From NCBI GenBank assembly GCA_947383005.1, contig CANDBT010000017.1, forward strand, positions 6,705-70,704: 64,000 bases of DNA, written 5' to 3'. Positions 25,461-33,947 of this stretch are shown in pieces. Source of the DNA: an uncultured bacterium. GTDB lineage: Bacteria > Bacillota > Clostridia > Lachnospirales > Lachnospiraceae. The position numbers and the translations under genes were made by a program. The notes under the pieces are model-generated. The model did no database searches and was not told where the DNA came from. It was given only the letters and a program-made list of their open reading frames with translations. Each line of letters opens with the position of its first letter. The stretch's first letter is position 1.

Positions 25461-26972
25461 ATGGTATTTGAAGAAATCAGGAAATTAGTGCAGTATGGCC
25501 TGGAAACGGGATTGATTGGCGAGGAGGATCGGATTTATGCGACAAACCGTCTTTTGGCGGCGCTGCATCTGGATGAGTATGAGGAGCCGGAAGGCGAGTG
25601 CTTGCCGGTAAATCTTGAGGAAACGCTCAAGGCGCTTTTGGACTATGCCTGTGAACAGGGGATTATTGAGGACAGTATCGGTTATCGTGATTTGTTTGAT
25701 ACAAAACTCATGGATTGTCTGATGCCCCGGCCTTCTGAGGTAACTGCACGTTTTTGGAAGATTTATCAAGAACAAGGCGCGCAGGCGGCTACAGATTATT
25801 TTTATCAGTTGAGCCAGGATTCGGATTATATTCGCAGATACCGGGTATGTAAGGATCAGAAATGGGTGGCGAAAACTCCTTATGGGGATTTGGATATCAC
25901 GATCAATCTTTCCAAGCCGGAGAAAGATCCAAAGGCTATTGCAGCAGCTAAGCTGGCCAAACAGAGCGGATATCCCAAATGCCTGCTGTGCATGGAAAAC
26001 GAGGGTTATGCAGGGAGGCTGAACCATCCGGCCAGGAATAATCACCGGATCATCCGGGTGACAATCAATGACAGCCAATGGGGGTTCCAATACTCGCCTT
26101 ATGTGTATTACAATGAGCATTGTATTGTATTTAATGGACAGCATACGCCGATGAAGATTGAGCGGGCGGCTTTTATTAAACTTTTTGATTTTGTTAAGCA
26201 ATTCCCCCACTATTTTTTGGGTTCCAACGCGGATTTGCCGATTGTAGGCGGTTCTATTTTAAGTCATGACCATTTCCAGGGAGGACATTACAGTTTTGCC
26301 ATGGCCAAGGCTCCGATTGAGCAGCATTTTACGGCTACAGGTTTTGAAGATGTGGAGGCAGGGATTGTTCATTGGCCGATGTCCGTGCTGCGGCTGCGGG
26401 GTAGGGATACGGACAGGCTGATTGATTTGGGAGATAAAGTACTGGGAGCCTGGAGAGCATATACGGACGAGGCTGCATTTATCTACGCGGAGACAGACGG
26501 TGAACCGCATAATACGATTACACCGATTGCCAGAAAAAATGGCGAAATGTATGAGTTGGATCTGGTGCTGAGAAATAATATCACTACGGAGGAGTTCCCT
26601 CTGGGCGTGTACCACCCTCATCAGGAACTGCATCATATCAAGAAAGAAAATATTGGCTTGATTGAAGTAATGGGTCTGGCCGTGCTGCCTTCTCGTCTGA
26701 AAAATGAGCTGGCTTTGCTGGGGGATTATCTGGTGGAAGGGAAAGATGTCCGCAGCAACGAACAGTTGGAAAAGCATGGCGATTGGGTAGAGGAGTTTTT
26801 GCCAAAGTATGAAAAGATTACCAGGGATAATGTAGAAAAGATTTTGCAGGATGAGGTGGGCAAGGTATTTGCCCGGGTTTTGGAGGATGCCGGAGTTTAC
26901 AAATGCACACCTGAAGGACGGGAAGCATTCGGGAGATTTTTGCAGAGCGTGGGATTTGAGAAAACGGAATAA
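25461..26972 (+). CDS. galT: UDP-glucose--hexose-1-phosphate uridylyltransferase (type 2 GalT, about 500 aa)
   Basis: Length and motifs of the Gram-positive GalT family, including GGSILSHDHFQGG. RBS AGGAGG. Confidence 0.85.
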   Translation: MVFEEIRKLVQYGLETGLIGEEDRIYATNRLLAALHLDEYEEPEGECLPVNLEETLKALLDYACEQGIIEDSIGYRDLFDTKLMDCLMPRPSEVTARFWKIYQEQGAQAATDYFYQLSQDSDYIRRYRVCKDQKWVAKTPYGDLDITINLSKPEKDPKAIAAAKLAKQSGYPKCLLCMENEGYAGRLNHPARNNHRIIRVTINDSQWGFQYSPYVYYNEHCIVFNGQHTPMKIERAAFIKLFDFVKQFPHYFLGSNADLPIVGGSILSHDHFQGGHYSFAMAKAPIEQHFTATGFEDVEAGIVHWPMSVLRLRGRDTDRLIDLGDKVLGAWRAYTDEAAFIYAETDGEPHNTITPIARKNGEMYELDLVLRNNITTEEFPLGVYHPHQELHHIKKENIGLIEVMGLAVLPSRLKNELALLGDYLVEGKDVRSNEQLEKHGDWVEEFLPKYEKITRDNVEKILQDEVGKVFARVLEDAGVYKCTPEGREAFGRFLQSVGFEKTE

Positions 26973-27053
26973 TAAGCTATATGCAGGCCACAAAGGCCGC
27001 CGTACCCGGTTGGGGCGGTGGTCTTTGTTGGTGTAAAAACGAAGGACGAAAGG

Positions 27054-27992
27054 ATGGTATTGATGAAAGGAAAGGCATGGGGCAGCAGCGTGATGCTGGT
27101 GATGACTGCGTTGATTTGGGGAATTGCTTTTGTGGCACAGAGTGAAGGCATGAATTATTTAGGCGGTTTTACGTTCAATGCCGCCCGTTTTTTGATTGGC
27201 GGAGCAGTATTGATCCCCTGTATTTTTTTGCTGGATAAAATTAATGGGGATAAGCAGCGAAAGCTGTCCGGGGAGGAGAAAAAGCGGCGGGCCAGGGACT
27301 CGGTTGCGGGGGGAATGTGCTGTGGGGCGGCTCTTTGCATGGCTAGTTCCCTGCAGCAGTTTGGCATAGCCCAGACTACTGTGGGAAAGGCCGGTTTTAT
27401 CACGGCTCTTTATATTATCTTGGTGCCGGTCGCAGGGCTGCTGTTGAGGAAGAAGGTAAGTAAAAATGTATGGGTCAGCGTGATGGTTGCGGCGGCGGGA
27501 ATGTATCTTCTCTGTATTAAGGAGGGATTTTCCGTAGGGCGCGGCGATTTTCTTATGTTTTTGTGTTCCATAGGATTTACAATGCATATTTTGATTATCG
27601 ATTATTTTTCGCCGAGGGCCAATGGAGTGGTAATTTCCTGCGTGCAGTTTTTTACCGCGGGTCTGGTTTCCGGTGTGCTGATGCTGATTTTTGAGAAACC
27701 ATCCTGGAGTGCGTTGACAAAAGCCTGGCTGCCGGTAATCTATGCGGGGGTCATGTCATGCGGGGTAGCGTATACCTTGCAGGTGGTGGCGCAGAAAAAT
27801 GTCGCGCCGACGTTGGCTTCGCTGCTAATGAGCTTAGAATCGGTATTTTCCGTGCTGGCGGGATGGATATTGCTGGGACAGGGCCTGACAGCCAGGGAGT
27901 TTGCCGGATGCGGGCTCGTTTTTATCGGGATTATTTTGGCACAGATTCCGGTGGAAGCGTTGAGAAAAAAACGCGGGGAAGTGGCGGCGTAG
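27054..27992 (+). CDS. DMT superfamily (EamA-like) transporter
   Basis: Ten hydrophobic segments in two homologous halves (LIWGIAFVAQ... / ...LESVFSVLAGWILLGQGLT). The start is uncertain (27018 GTG, 27054 ATG or 27063 ATG). Confidence 0.78.
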   Translation: MVLMKGKAWGSSVMLVMTALIWGIAFVAQSEGMNYLGGFTFNAARFLIGGAVLIPCIFLLDKINGDKQRKLSGEEKKRRARDSVAGGMCCGAALCMASSLQQFGIAQTTVGKAGFITALYIILVPVAGLLLRKKVSKNVWVSVMVAAAGMYLLCIKEGFSVGRGDFLMFLCSIGFTMHILIIDYFSPRANGVVISCVQFFTAGLVSGVLMLIFEKPSWSALTKAWLPVIYAGVMSCGVAYTLQVVAQKNVAPTLASLLMSLESVFSVLAGWILLGQGLTAREFAGCGLVFIGIILAQIPVEALRKKRGEVAA

Positions 27993-28083
27993 ACAGAAAC
28001 AATGTAAATATATACTCTCGAACTACCAAATATCAGAAGGAGGGACAGGAACGATGGAATGCCAGACAGTTGTAAAGGAGAAT

Positions 28084-29064
28084 ATGATACAACGGCCAAG
28101 GAGATTGCGCGGAAACGGAATTTTGCGGAAAATGGTACGGGAAACCAGGGTGGATAAATCGTCTTTGATTTATCCGCTGTTTGTCCGGGAAGGCAAGGGC
28201 ATTTGCGAGGAGATTGCCACTATGCCCGGACAGTATCGCTATAGTATAGACCAAATGAGCCATAAGTTGGAGCAACTGAAAAATTCCGGCGTTGACAGCG
28301 TAATGTTTTTTGGAATTCCTGATTATAAAGACGAGGCGGGGAGTGGTGCGTACGCTCAAGATGGGATAGTGCAGAAAGCTTTGAGGGAGGCCAGACGGCA
28401 GTTTGGCAAGGAGTTGTATCTGATTACCGATGTGTGTATGTGCGAATATACTTCCCATGGTCATTGCGGGCTGCTGTGCGGTGAGGAAGTAGATAATGAC
28501 CCGACGCTTGAGCTCCTGGCGAAGACCGCTCTTTCCCATGTTCAGGCAGGAGCGGATATGGTGGCGCCTTCGGATATGATGGACGGGAGGGTGCTGGCTA
28601 TCAGAAACGAGCTGGATGGGCACGGATTTACCCAAATACCGATCATGTCTTATGCCGTCAAGTATGCGTCCGGTTTTTACGGGCCGTTTCGTGAAGCGGC
28701 CGGGTCGGCGCCGGCTTTTGGAGATCGCAAATCTTATCAAATGGATTTTCATAACCGAAAGGAAGGAAGGAAGGAGGCGTTATTGGATGTGGATGAGGGC
28801 GCGGATATCGTGATGGTGAAACCGGCTCTTGCTTATCAGGATATTGTTCGCGAGGTAGCTGATTTGGTGGAAGTGCCGGTAGCTGCTTATAGCGTCAGCG
28901 GAGAGTATGCCATGGTGAAAGCCGGGGCAAAGCTGGGCTATGTGGAGGAGGAGAGGGTAATTGCCGAGATGGCGATAGGAGCGTTTCGGGCAGGGGCTTC
29001 CGTGTATTTGACTTATTTCGCGCCGGAGCTGGCAGAGCTTATGGATCGGGGAGAGATTGGGTAG
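28084..29064 (+). CDS. hemB: Porphobilinogen synthase (delta-aminolevulinate dehydratase), zinc type
   Basis: RPRRLR N-terminus, Cys-rich zinc site DVCMCEYTSHGHCG, active-site lysine context VKPALAYQDIV. The ATG at 28084 follows AAGGAG. Confidence 0.9.
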   Translation: MIQRPRRLRGNGILRKMVRETRVDKSSLIYPLFVREGKGICEEIATMPGQYRYSIDQMSHKLEQLKNSGVDSVMFFGIPDYKDEAGSGAYAQDGIVQKALREARRQFGKELYLITDVCMCEYTSHGHCGLLCGEEVDNDPTLELLAKTALSHVQAGADMVAPSDMMDGRVLAIRNELDGHGFTQIPIMSYAVKYASGFYGPFREAAGSAPAFGDRKSYQMDFHNRKEGRKEALLDVDEGADIVMVKPALAYQDIVREVADLVEVPVAAYSVSGEYAMVKAGAKLGYVEEERVIAEMAIGAFRAGASVYLTYFAPELAELMDRGEIG

Positions 29065-29089
29065 GGAAGCGGTTGGGGCTGTTGGAACC

Positions 29090-29154
29090 GCATATGCTTT
29101 CCATAACGGTATTTGCCCATGGCTAACCGCCTATCGGGGAGATTAGCTATGGGG
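29090..29154. repeat. Family R fragment (GCATATGCTTTCCATAA...CCATGGCTAA...TAGCTATGG)
   Basis: Collinear with part of 48880..48950 and with the reverse complement of 24568..24625. Confidence 0.5.
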
Positions 29155-29184
29155 TAAACCGCAACCATAAGCCGTTCATTTCCG

Positions 29185-29276
29185 GCAGATAAGCGGCCGT
29201 TAGCCAGGGAAGGTTCCCGCGGATAAAGCGGCCGTTGACTGGGGCAGTTTTTTGCGGATAAGCGCGGCCGGCCGGA
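29185..29276. repeat. Three degenerate direct repeats of about 34 bp (GGATAA(A)GCGGCCGTT...)
   Basis: CAGATAAGCGGCCGTTAGCCAGGG / CGGATAAAGCGGCCGTTGACTGGGG / GCGGATAAGCGCGGCCGGCCGG, in the convergent spacer. Confidence 0.5.
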
Positions 29277-29314
29277 ATGCGCTTGGCAGTTAGTTTCCAT
29301 GGAGGCATGGGTGA

Positions 29315-30931
29315 TTATCCGGCGTATGCGATTCCATCAAAACAGTCGTTTTCATCTATGCCGCCGATGGTACGCTGCCAGTCCTGAAATTCAAAGCGGA
29401 CCTGGCAATGCCTGCCGTCCTGCAACTCCATTTCAACATAGGAATCGACATCCGTTTTGCGGAAATAGAGCACGGTTCCAGCCGGGATTTGTGTGGGTTC
29501 GGCATCTACGGTGCCGTCTTCGGAAATCATCCATACGGAAACAGGGATTTTTGTGGTCAGGTGGCGTTCGGAGTCATCCTGGAAAAGCTCGATCGTGTAG
29601 CTTTCCTCATCGCTTTCCGGCATGCCGTTGTTGCCGACATGGTAATATTTGTACGCGCCATAGGAGCTGAGGGCATGGACATAATCGGCGATTTTAAAGT
29701 GTTCAGGATTGGTGAGGCAGATATCTGAAAAACCGCCGCTCATCTCCCCCACATAGTAAAGCGAGTTTCCGGTAAGGTTATAGACATAGATCATCTGATA
29801 GTCATTGTAACCCGTGGTATCCGCATACAGATAATAGCGGTTATCGGATGTTTTTACGATGTAGGCGCCGTCAAGGGAACCTTCAAAACGATTGGAGACG
29901 GATTGGCCGCTTAACGATACGGCCAGTTCGTTGGAGTCGGTGAATTCCCGCGAGGCGCTTATGGAGATTTGTTCCGGGATTTTATCGCCATTGACATCCA
30001 AATAGGCTTCTTCGTAAGGCATCAGGGAAACGGCGAATTGTTCAAGTTCGGCGGAGTAGGGTTCTTGGAACAGATCGGGATATTCGGCAAAGAAAAGCGT
30101 CACATTCTGTGAACCGGAGGCGTAGGGCCCCAGTTCATAGGGGCTGTAATAAAACGTTAGCCCTGTGGGTTTCAAAAGCCATTCTGCCGATGCCGGGTAA
30201 TCCGGGTTGGCCGGGATGATGCTTTCGGTGACGGTATCTTCAAAACCGCCGAAAAAGGCATCCCTGCTGTAGTGGGCGATGAGTTTTTCCGTGATTAAGT
30301 CAGGAAGGCGGGAAAGATCAGTAACCACGTCTTCCAGCTTGAGAGCTTCACCGGTATCAGTGCGGTAATTATGCCCGCTGTAGTAATAAGAGCCGTGGGC
30401 GCCGCCGGAGTAGTCAGAATACTGACTCAGGAAGCTGAAAGCGACGGAATCGGCCCGGCAAAGAAAAATATCCTCGCTGCAGCTATTTGGGCCGGTGAAA
30501 GAACCATTCCGGGCAATTTCTTTTGCTGAAGCATCCAGTTCATTGTATGTGTCCGTGATTGATTTTGCCGTGTCTGCATTATAAGTTTCCAGTGCGCGGG
30601 CAAGCTCGGGATAGTCCTGGCCGTTGATTTCCAGAGTGTCGTATTGGGACTGGCACAAGTGCAGGCCATCGTCAAAATCGGACATATACTCCGTATTGAC
30701 TTTAACTTCCAAAGAAGGGGCCTGAGGGGCAGGAGACGGATTGCCGGAACCGTCAGGGCTGCCAGAAAGGTTATTTTGCGCATCTTCTTCTGATACCTGT
30801 TCGACATACTCCCTGACAGCTTCCTGAAAGCTGTTTTTAAGGCCGCCGGAGCCATTTTTACTCTGACAGGCAGTCAGCAGTAAAGCTGCCAGCAACAGGA
30901 TAAATTTCTTTTTTCCATTTTTTTGTCGCAT
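29315..30931 (-). CDS. Lipoprotein with DUF4163/DUF3298-like (RsiV-type) domain and a large C-terminal extension
   Basis: Lipobox ALLLTAC. SQYSDYSGGAHGSYYYSGHNY matches the GGAHG signature of DUF3298. Confidence 0.62.
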   Translation of the reverse strand: MRQKNGKKKFILLLAALLLTACQSKNGSGGLKNSFQEAVREYVEQVSEEDAQNNLSGSPDGSGNPSPAPQAPSLEVKVNTEYMSDFDDGLHLCQSQYDTLEINGQDYPELARALETYNADTAKSITDTYNELDASAKEIARNGSFTGPNSCSEDIFLCRADSVAFSFLSQYSDYSGGAHGSYYYSGHNYRTDTGEALKLEDVVTDLSRLPDLITEKLIAHYSRDAFFGGFEDTVTESIIPANPDYPASAEWLLKPTGLTFYYSPYELGPYASGSQNVTLFFAEYPDLFQEPYSAELEQFAVSLMPYEEAYLDVNGDKIPEQISISASREFTDSNELAVSLSGQSVSNRFEGSLDGAYIVKTSDNRYYLYADTTGYNDYQMIYVYNLTGNSLYYVGEMSGGFSDICLTNPEHFKIADYVHALSSYGAYKYYHVGNNGMPESDEESYTIELFQDDSERHLTTKIPVSVWMISEDGTVDAEPTQIPAGTVLYFRKTDVDSYVEMELQDGRHCQVRFEFQDWQRTIGGIDENDCFDGIAYAG

Positions 30932-31030
30932 TGATGAGTTCTCCTTAGAGTAGGAAAAGAGGCTGCCGAACTGCGACAGCCCCTTGAGCCTTGTTTCGTG
31001 TAACCGTATTATTCTGTTTTAGTCTGTGCT

Positions 31031-31085
31031 GTCACCGTTCATAGGGGGCGTCTTCTTGCCCGCTTACACGGGCAAAAGTATGAAT
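31031..31085. repeat. Hairpin repeat, family H/Y-related
   Basis: GTCACCGTTCATAGGGGGCGTCTTCTTGCCCGCTTACACGGGCAAAAG parallels the left part of the Y element. Confidence 0.5.
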
Positions 31086-31124
31086 ATCCATCAAATCCTT
31101 TGCCGGCTGGACGGTTGGTTTATC

Positions 31125-31730
31125 TTAGTGGCTGGCATAGTAGTCGTCAAAAAGCTTATTGACTGCCGTATGGGTATCGCCGCAAATAGAAGGAAGATCT
31201 CCTCCCCAGGCTACGCCGGCTTCTTTAAAGCCCTTTTCAACAGCTTCCTGCATCTTTTTCATCGTCTCGACATCATCTCCGGCAACGGCGGCGGCAAAAT
31301 CAAAGATCCTTTGGGAAGTCTGCTTAACACCCCAAAAACCGTCTTCGGAAATGGCAGCCTGCGCGTCAGCCTTGGTCTTGGCATCTACGGTATAATTTCC
31401 GCTGGCCATGAATTTCCAGAAATTATCACCCTGAAGGGAAGCGGCGGTAATGCCCTGCTTCTGGAAGGTCTTCATCATCATGTTGGTGAAGCTGCTCATC
31501 TGGTTATCCAAATCCCTTTTCAGGCTGTCAACCAGGGAAGCCCGGTCAGAATCACTCATTTTGGTAATATCTTTAGCATTGCTGCTCAATTCAACCCGAT
31601 CGGTATCCGGTGTGGTATAGGAAGTCTCCGCAGCCTTTTCTGAAGCTTTTGCGGAGGAAGCGCCAGATACAGCTTTGGCTTGTTGGGGCTGTGCATATTG
31701 CCGTACAGCAAAATCCTGATTTACTTGCAT
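31125..31730 (-). CDS. Hypothetical protein (201 aa, soluble, no signal peptide seen)
   Basis: The ATG at 31730 is preceded by AAAGGAGGA. Coding-like composition. The opposite-strand ORF 31026..31643 looks like a shadow ORF. I cannot assign a family with confidence. Confidence 0.5.
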   Translation of the reverse strand: MQVNQDFAVRQYAQPQQAKAVSGASSAKASEKAAETSYTTPDTDRVELSSNAKDITKMSDSDRASLVDSLKRDLDNQMSSFTNMMMKTFQKQGITAASLQGDNFWKFMASGNYTVDAKTKADAQAAISEDGFWGVKQTSQRIFDFAAAVAGDDVETMKKMQEAVEKGFKEAGVAWGGDLPSICGDTHTAVNKLFDDYYASH

Positions 31731-31829
31731 GGTATAATCCTCCTTTTTGTAAAAATGGTAACTGTTCAACATCCTTGTTTACAGTTATAATACCGTTTAT
31801 AGATTATATCGGCATATTAAGGAAAAAGT

Positions 31830-33695
31830 TTAGGCCAAAGCTACCCGGAATTTTTTCATCCAGTAATTGATCTGCCAGATATAGGCCAGCATTTGTGGTC
31901 CGGCCATAAGCTGGCCATACCAGGGTTTTCCGTAATCGGAGGGGGAGGACAGGAACTGCTCTACTTTTTTCCGGTCTAAAAAAGGCAAAACGGGCGAGGA
32001 GGAATCGGCCATAATCATCCGGATTTTTTCCGTCAGCAGAGATTCGTAACCCGTATCATAGGTTTTGGGATAGGGGGATTTGCGGCGCAGCCGGACAAGT
32101 TCCGGCAGATAATCCCGTCCGCATTCCCTCAAGAGGGCTTTGGCTACACCATCCCGGGCTTTCATTTCCCAGGGAATATTCCATACATATTCCAGGATCC
32201 GGTGATCGGCAAAGGGGACCCGGGCTTCCAGGCCGGAAAACATACTGGTACGATCCATGCGGTTAAGCAAGGTCTGCATGAACCATTTTTGATTCAGCCA
32301 GGAAATTTCCCGGCGGCGGGCCTCTTCCGGCGAATCGGAGGCCAGACGGGGAGTCTCGGCTACCGATGCCTCGTAACGTTCTTTTACATACTGTTCCATG
32401 TTCAGGTAATCCAGGAAATCTTCATTGAGCAGAACCTGTCGGGCTTTCAAATCCATGGTCCAGGGAAAAGTATGGACCTGAAAGCATTCTTTTTTGTGAA
32501 ACCAGGGATAACCGCCAAAAATTTCGTCGGCACATTCGCCGGTCAGGGCGACTTTGTGCGTCTGATGCACCTGACGACAGAAGCAAAGCAAGGAAGAATC
32601 GACATCGGCCATGGCGGGCAAATCGTGGGCATCCACGGATTCCTTCAGTAAGTCTGTCTGTTCCCGGGTGGTACATTCCAGGTAACGATGTTCCGATTCC
32701 AGATATTCGACCATTTTTTCCACATAGGGGCGGTCTTGGGAAGGCTGAAAAGCGTTGGCTTTAAAGTTTTTGTCGTTGCCGACAAAATCAAAAGAAAAAG
32801 TACATAACCGTTCCCCTTTTTTCTTGAGTTCCGCCGCGCAGACAGCAGATACCAGGCTGGAATCTATGCCGCCGGATAAAAAGGTGCAGACAGGTACATC
32901 GGAAACCATTTGTCTGCGGATGGAATCTAATACCAGCGCAGATGTTTTTTCCACTGTGGTTTCATAGTCATCCTCATGAGGATGGCTTTCCAGCTTCCAA
33001 TAGGATTTTTGAACAAAATAATCGTGGCGGAAAATTCCGTAATGACCGGGAAGCAGCTCGTTGATTCCCTGGAAGATGCCGCAGCCGCTGGTGCGTGCCG
33101 GCCCTATGCTGAAGATTTCATTCAGGCATTCGCGGTTTACCTGGGCTTTTACGCCGGGACAGGCCAGGATGCTTTTGGGCTCAGAGGCAAAAATTAGTTG
33201 CTTTTGCCCGGAACCGGTATCTTGAAGGGTATAGAACAGAGGTTTGATGCCGCTGCGGTCACGGCAAAGGAAAAGCTGCTCTTTTATGGGGTCCCAGACG
33301 GCAAAAGCAAATATCCCATTGAGTCTTGTTACAAATTCCGGGCCGTATTCCAGATAAGATAGCAAAAGGGTTTCCGTATCGCTGGCAGTATCAAAGAGGC
33401 AGCCTCGTAAAATCAAGTCCTCCCGAAGCTCTTTTGTATTGTATAGTTCTCCGTTGTATACAATAGCCCATGTATGCCCGTTTATGGTATGAAGCATAGG
33501 CTGCCGCCCGCCAGCCAGGTCAATAATGGAAAGCCTGGCATGAGAGAAGCCGACATGAGGGGCAAGGTAAATGCCCTGATCGTCCGGCCCGCGATGGGAC
33601 AAAAGCTGGTGCATTTGTTTCAGGAGGCGGGAATAAGGTTCGGGGTTGATGGTATAATCTTTATGAAAATCGCAAAATCCGCTGATGCCGCACAT
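31830..33695 (-). CDS. asnB: Asparagine synthase (glutamine-hydrolysing)
   Basis: N-terminal nucleophile MCGISGF. PP-loop FLSGGIDSS. The start at 33695 (Met-Cys) follows AGAGAGGA, and the upstream in-frame extension is rejected. Confidence 0.9.
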   Translation of the reverse strand: MCGISGFCDFHKDYTINPEPYSRLLKQMHQLLSHRGPDDQGIYLAPHVGFSHARLSIIDLAGGRQPMLHTINGHTWAIVYNGELYNTKELREDLILRGCLFDTASDTETLLLSYLEYGPEFVTRLNGIFAFAVWDPIKEQLFLCRDRSGIKPLFYTLQDTGSGQKQLIFASEPKSILACPGVKAQVNRECLNEIFSIGPARTSGCGIFQGINELLPGHYGIFRHDYFVQKSYWKLESHPHEDDYETTVEKTSALVLDSIRRQMVSDVPVCTFLSGGIDSSLVSAVCAAELKKKGERLCTFSFDFVGNDKNFKANAFQPSQDRPYVEKMVEYLESEHRYLECTTREQTDLLKESVDAHDLPAMADVDSSLLCFCRQVHQTHKVALTGECADEIFGGYPWFHKKECFQVHTFPWTMDLKARQVLLNEDFLDYLNMEQYVKERYEASVAETPRLASDSPEEARRREISWLNQKWFMQTLLNRMDRTSMFSGLEARVPFADHRILEYVWNIPWEMKARDGVAKALLRECGRDYLPELVRLRRKSPYPKTYDTGYESLLTEKIRMIMADSSSPVLPFLDRKKVEQFLSSPSDYGKPWYGQLMAGPQMLAYIWQINYWMKKFRVALA

Positions 33696-33782
33696 AGTTA
33701 TCCTCTCTTTCTTTGAATGGGGCACTTTATATATGGTGGCGCCTGATGGCAGGCATGGGGGTACTTTGAAAGCTTTGTTTTA

Positions 33783-33943
33783 TGTACTCTCGGAGTCTTT
33801 CTGCGCCTGATTTTGTGAGATGATTTTTTGTCAGATGTGCATAAATTTATAAGGCGTACGTGGAACGTACGTTGATTAAATTTAGGTGCATATGACGGAA
33901 AACCAACCATAAAAGCAGGTACAGGAGAGATTCCGAGAGTACA
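33783..33943 (+). mobile_element. Foldback MITE, copy B (161 bp)
   Basis: TGTACTCTCGGAGTCTTTCTGCGCC ... CAGGAGAGATTCCGAGAGTACA. Flanks TTTTA / TTTTT. It lies between the stop codon of the transporter gene (33948) and the asnB start. Confidence 0.8.
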
Positions 33944-33947
33944 TTTT

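Noticed and set aside
28084-29064. hemB as an 'orphan' tetrapyrrole gene, a possible sign of horizontal acquisition.
   Set aside because: Composition and RBS look native, and dispersed hem/cbi genes are common in Clostridia. There is nothing in the sequence to support an anomaly.
31026-31643. 205-aa + strand ORF overlapping the - strand gene 31125..31730.
   Set aside because: It has no RBS and starts inside an H-family repeat, and its sequence is Gly/Ile/Leu-rich shadow-like. The - strand ORF has an AAAGGAGGA RBS and a protein-like composition.
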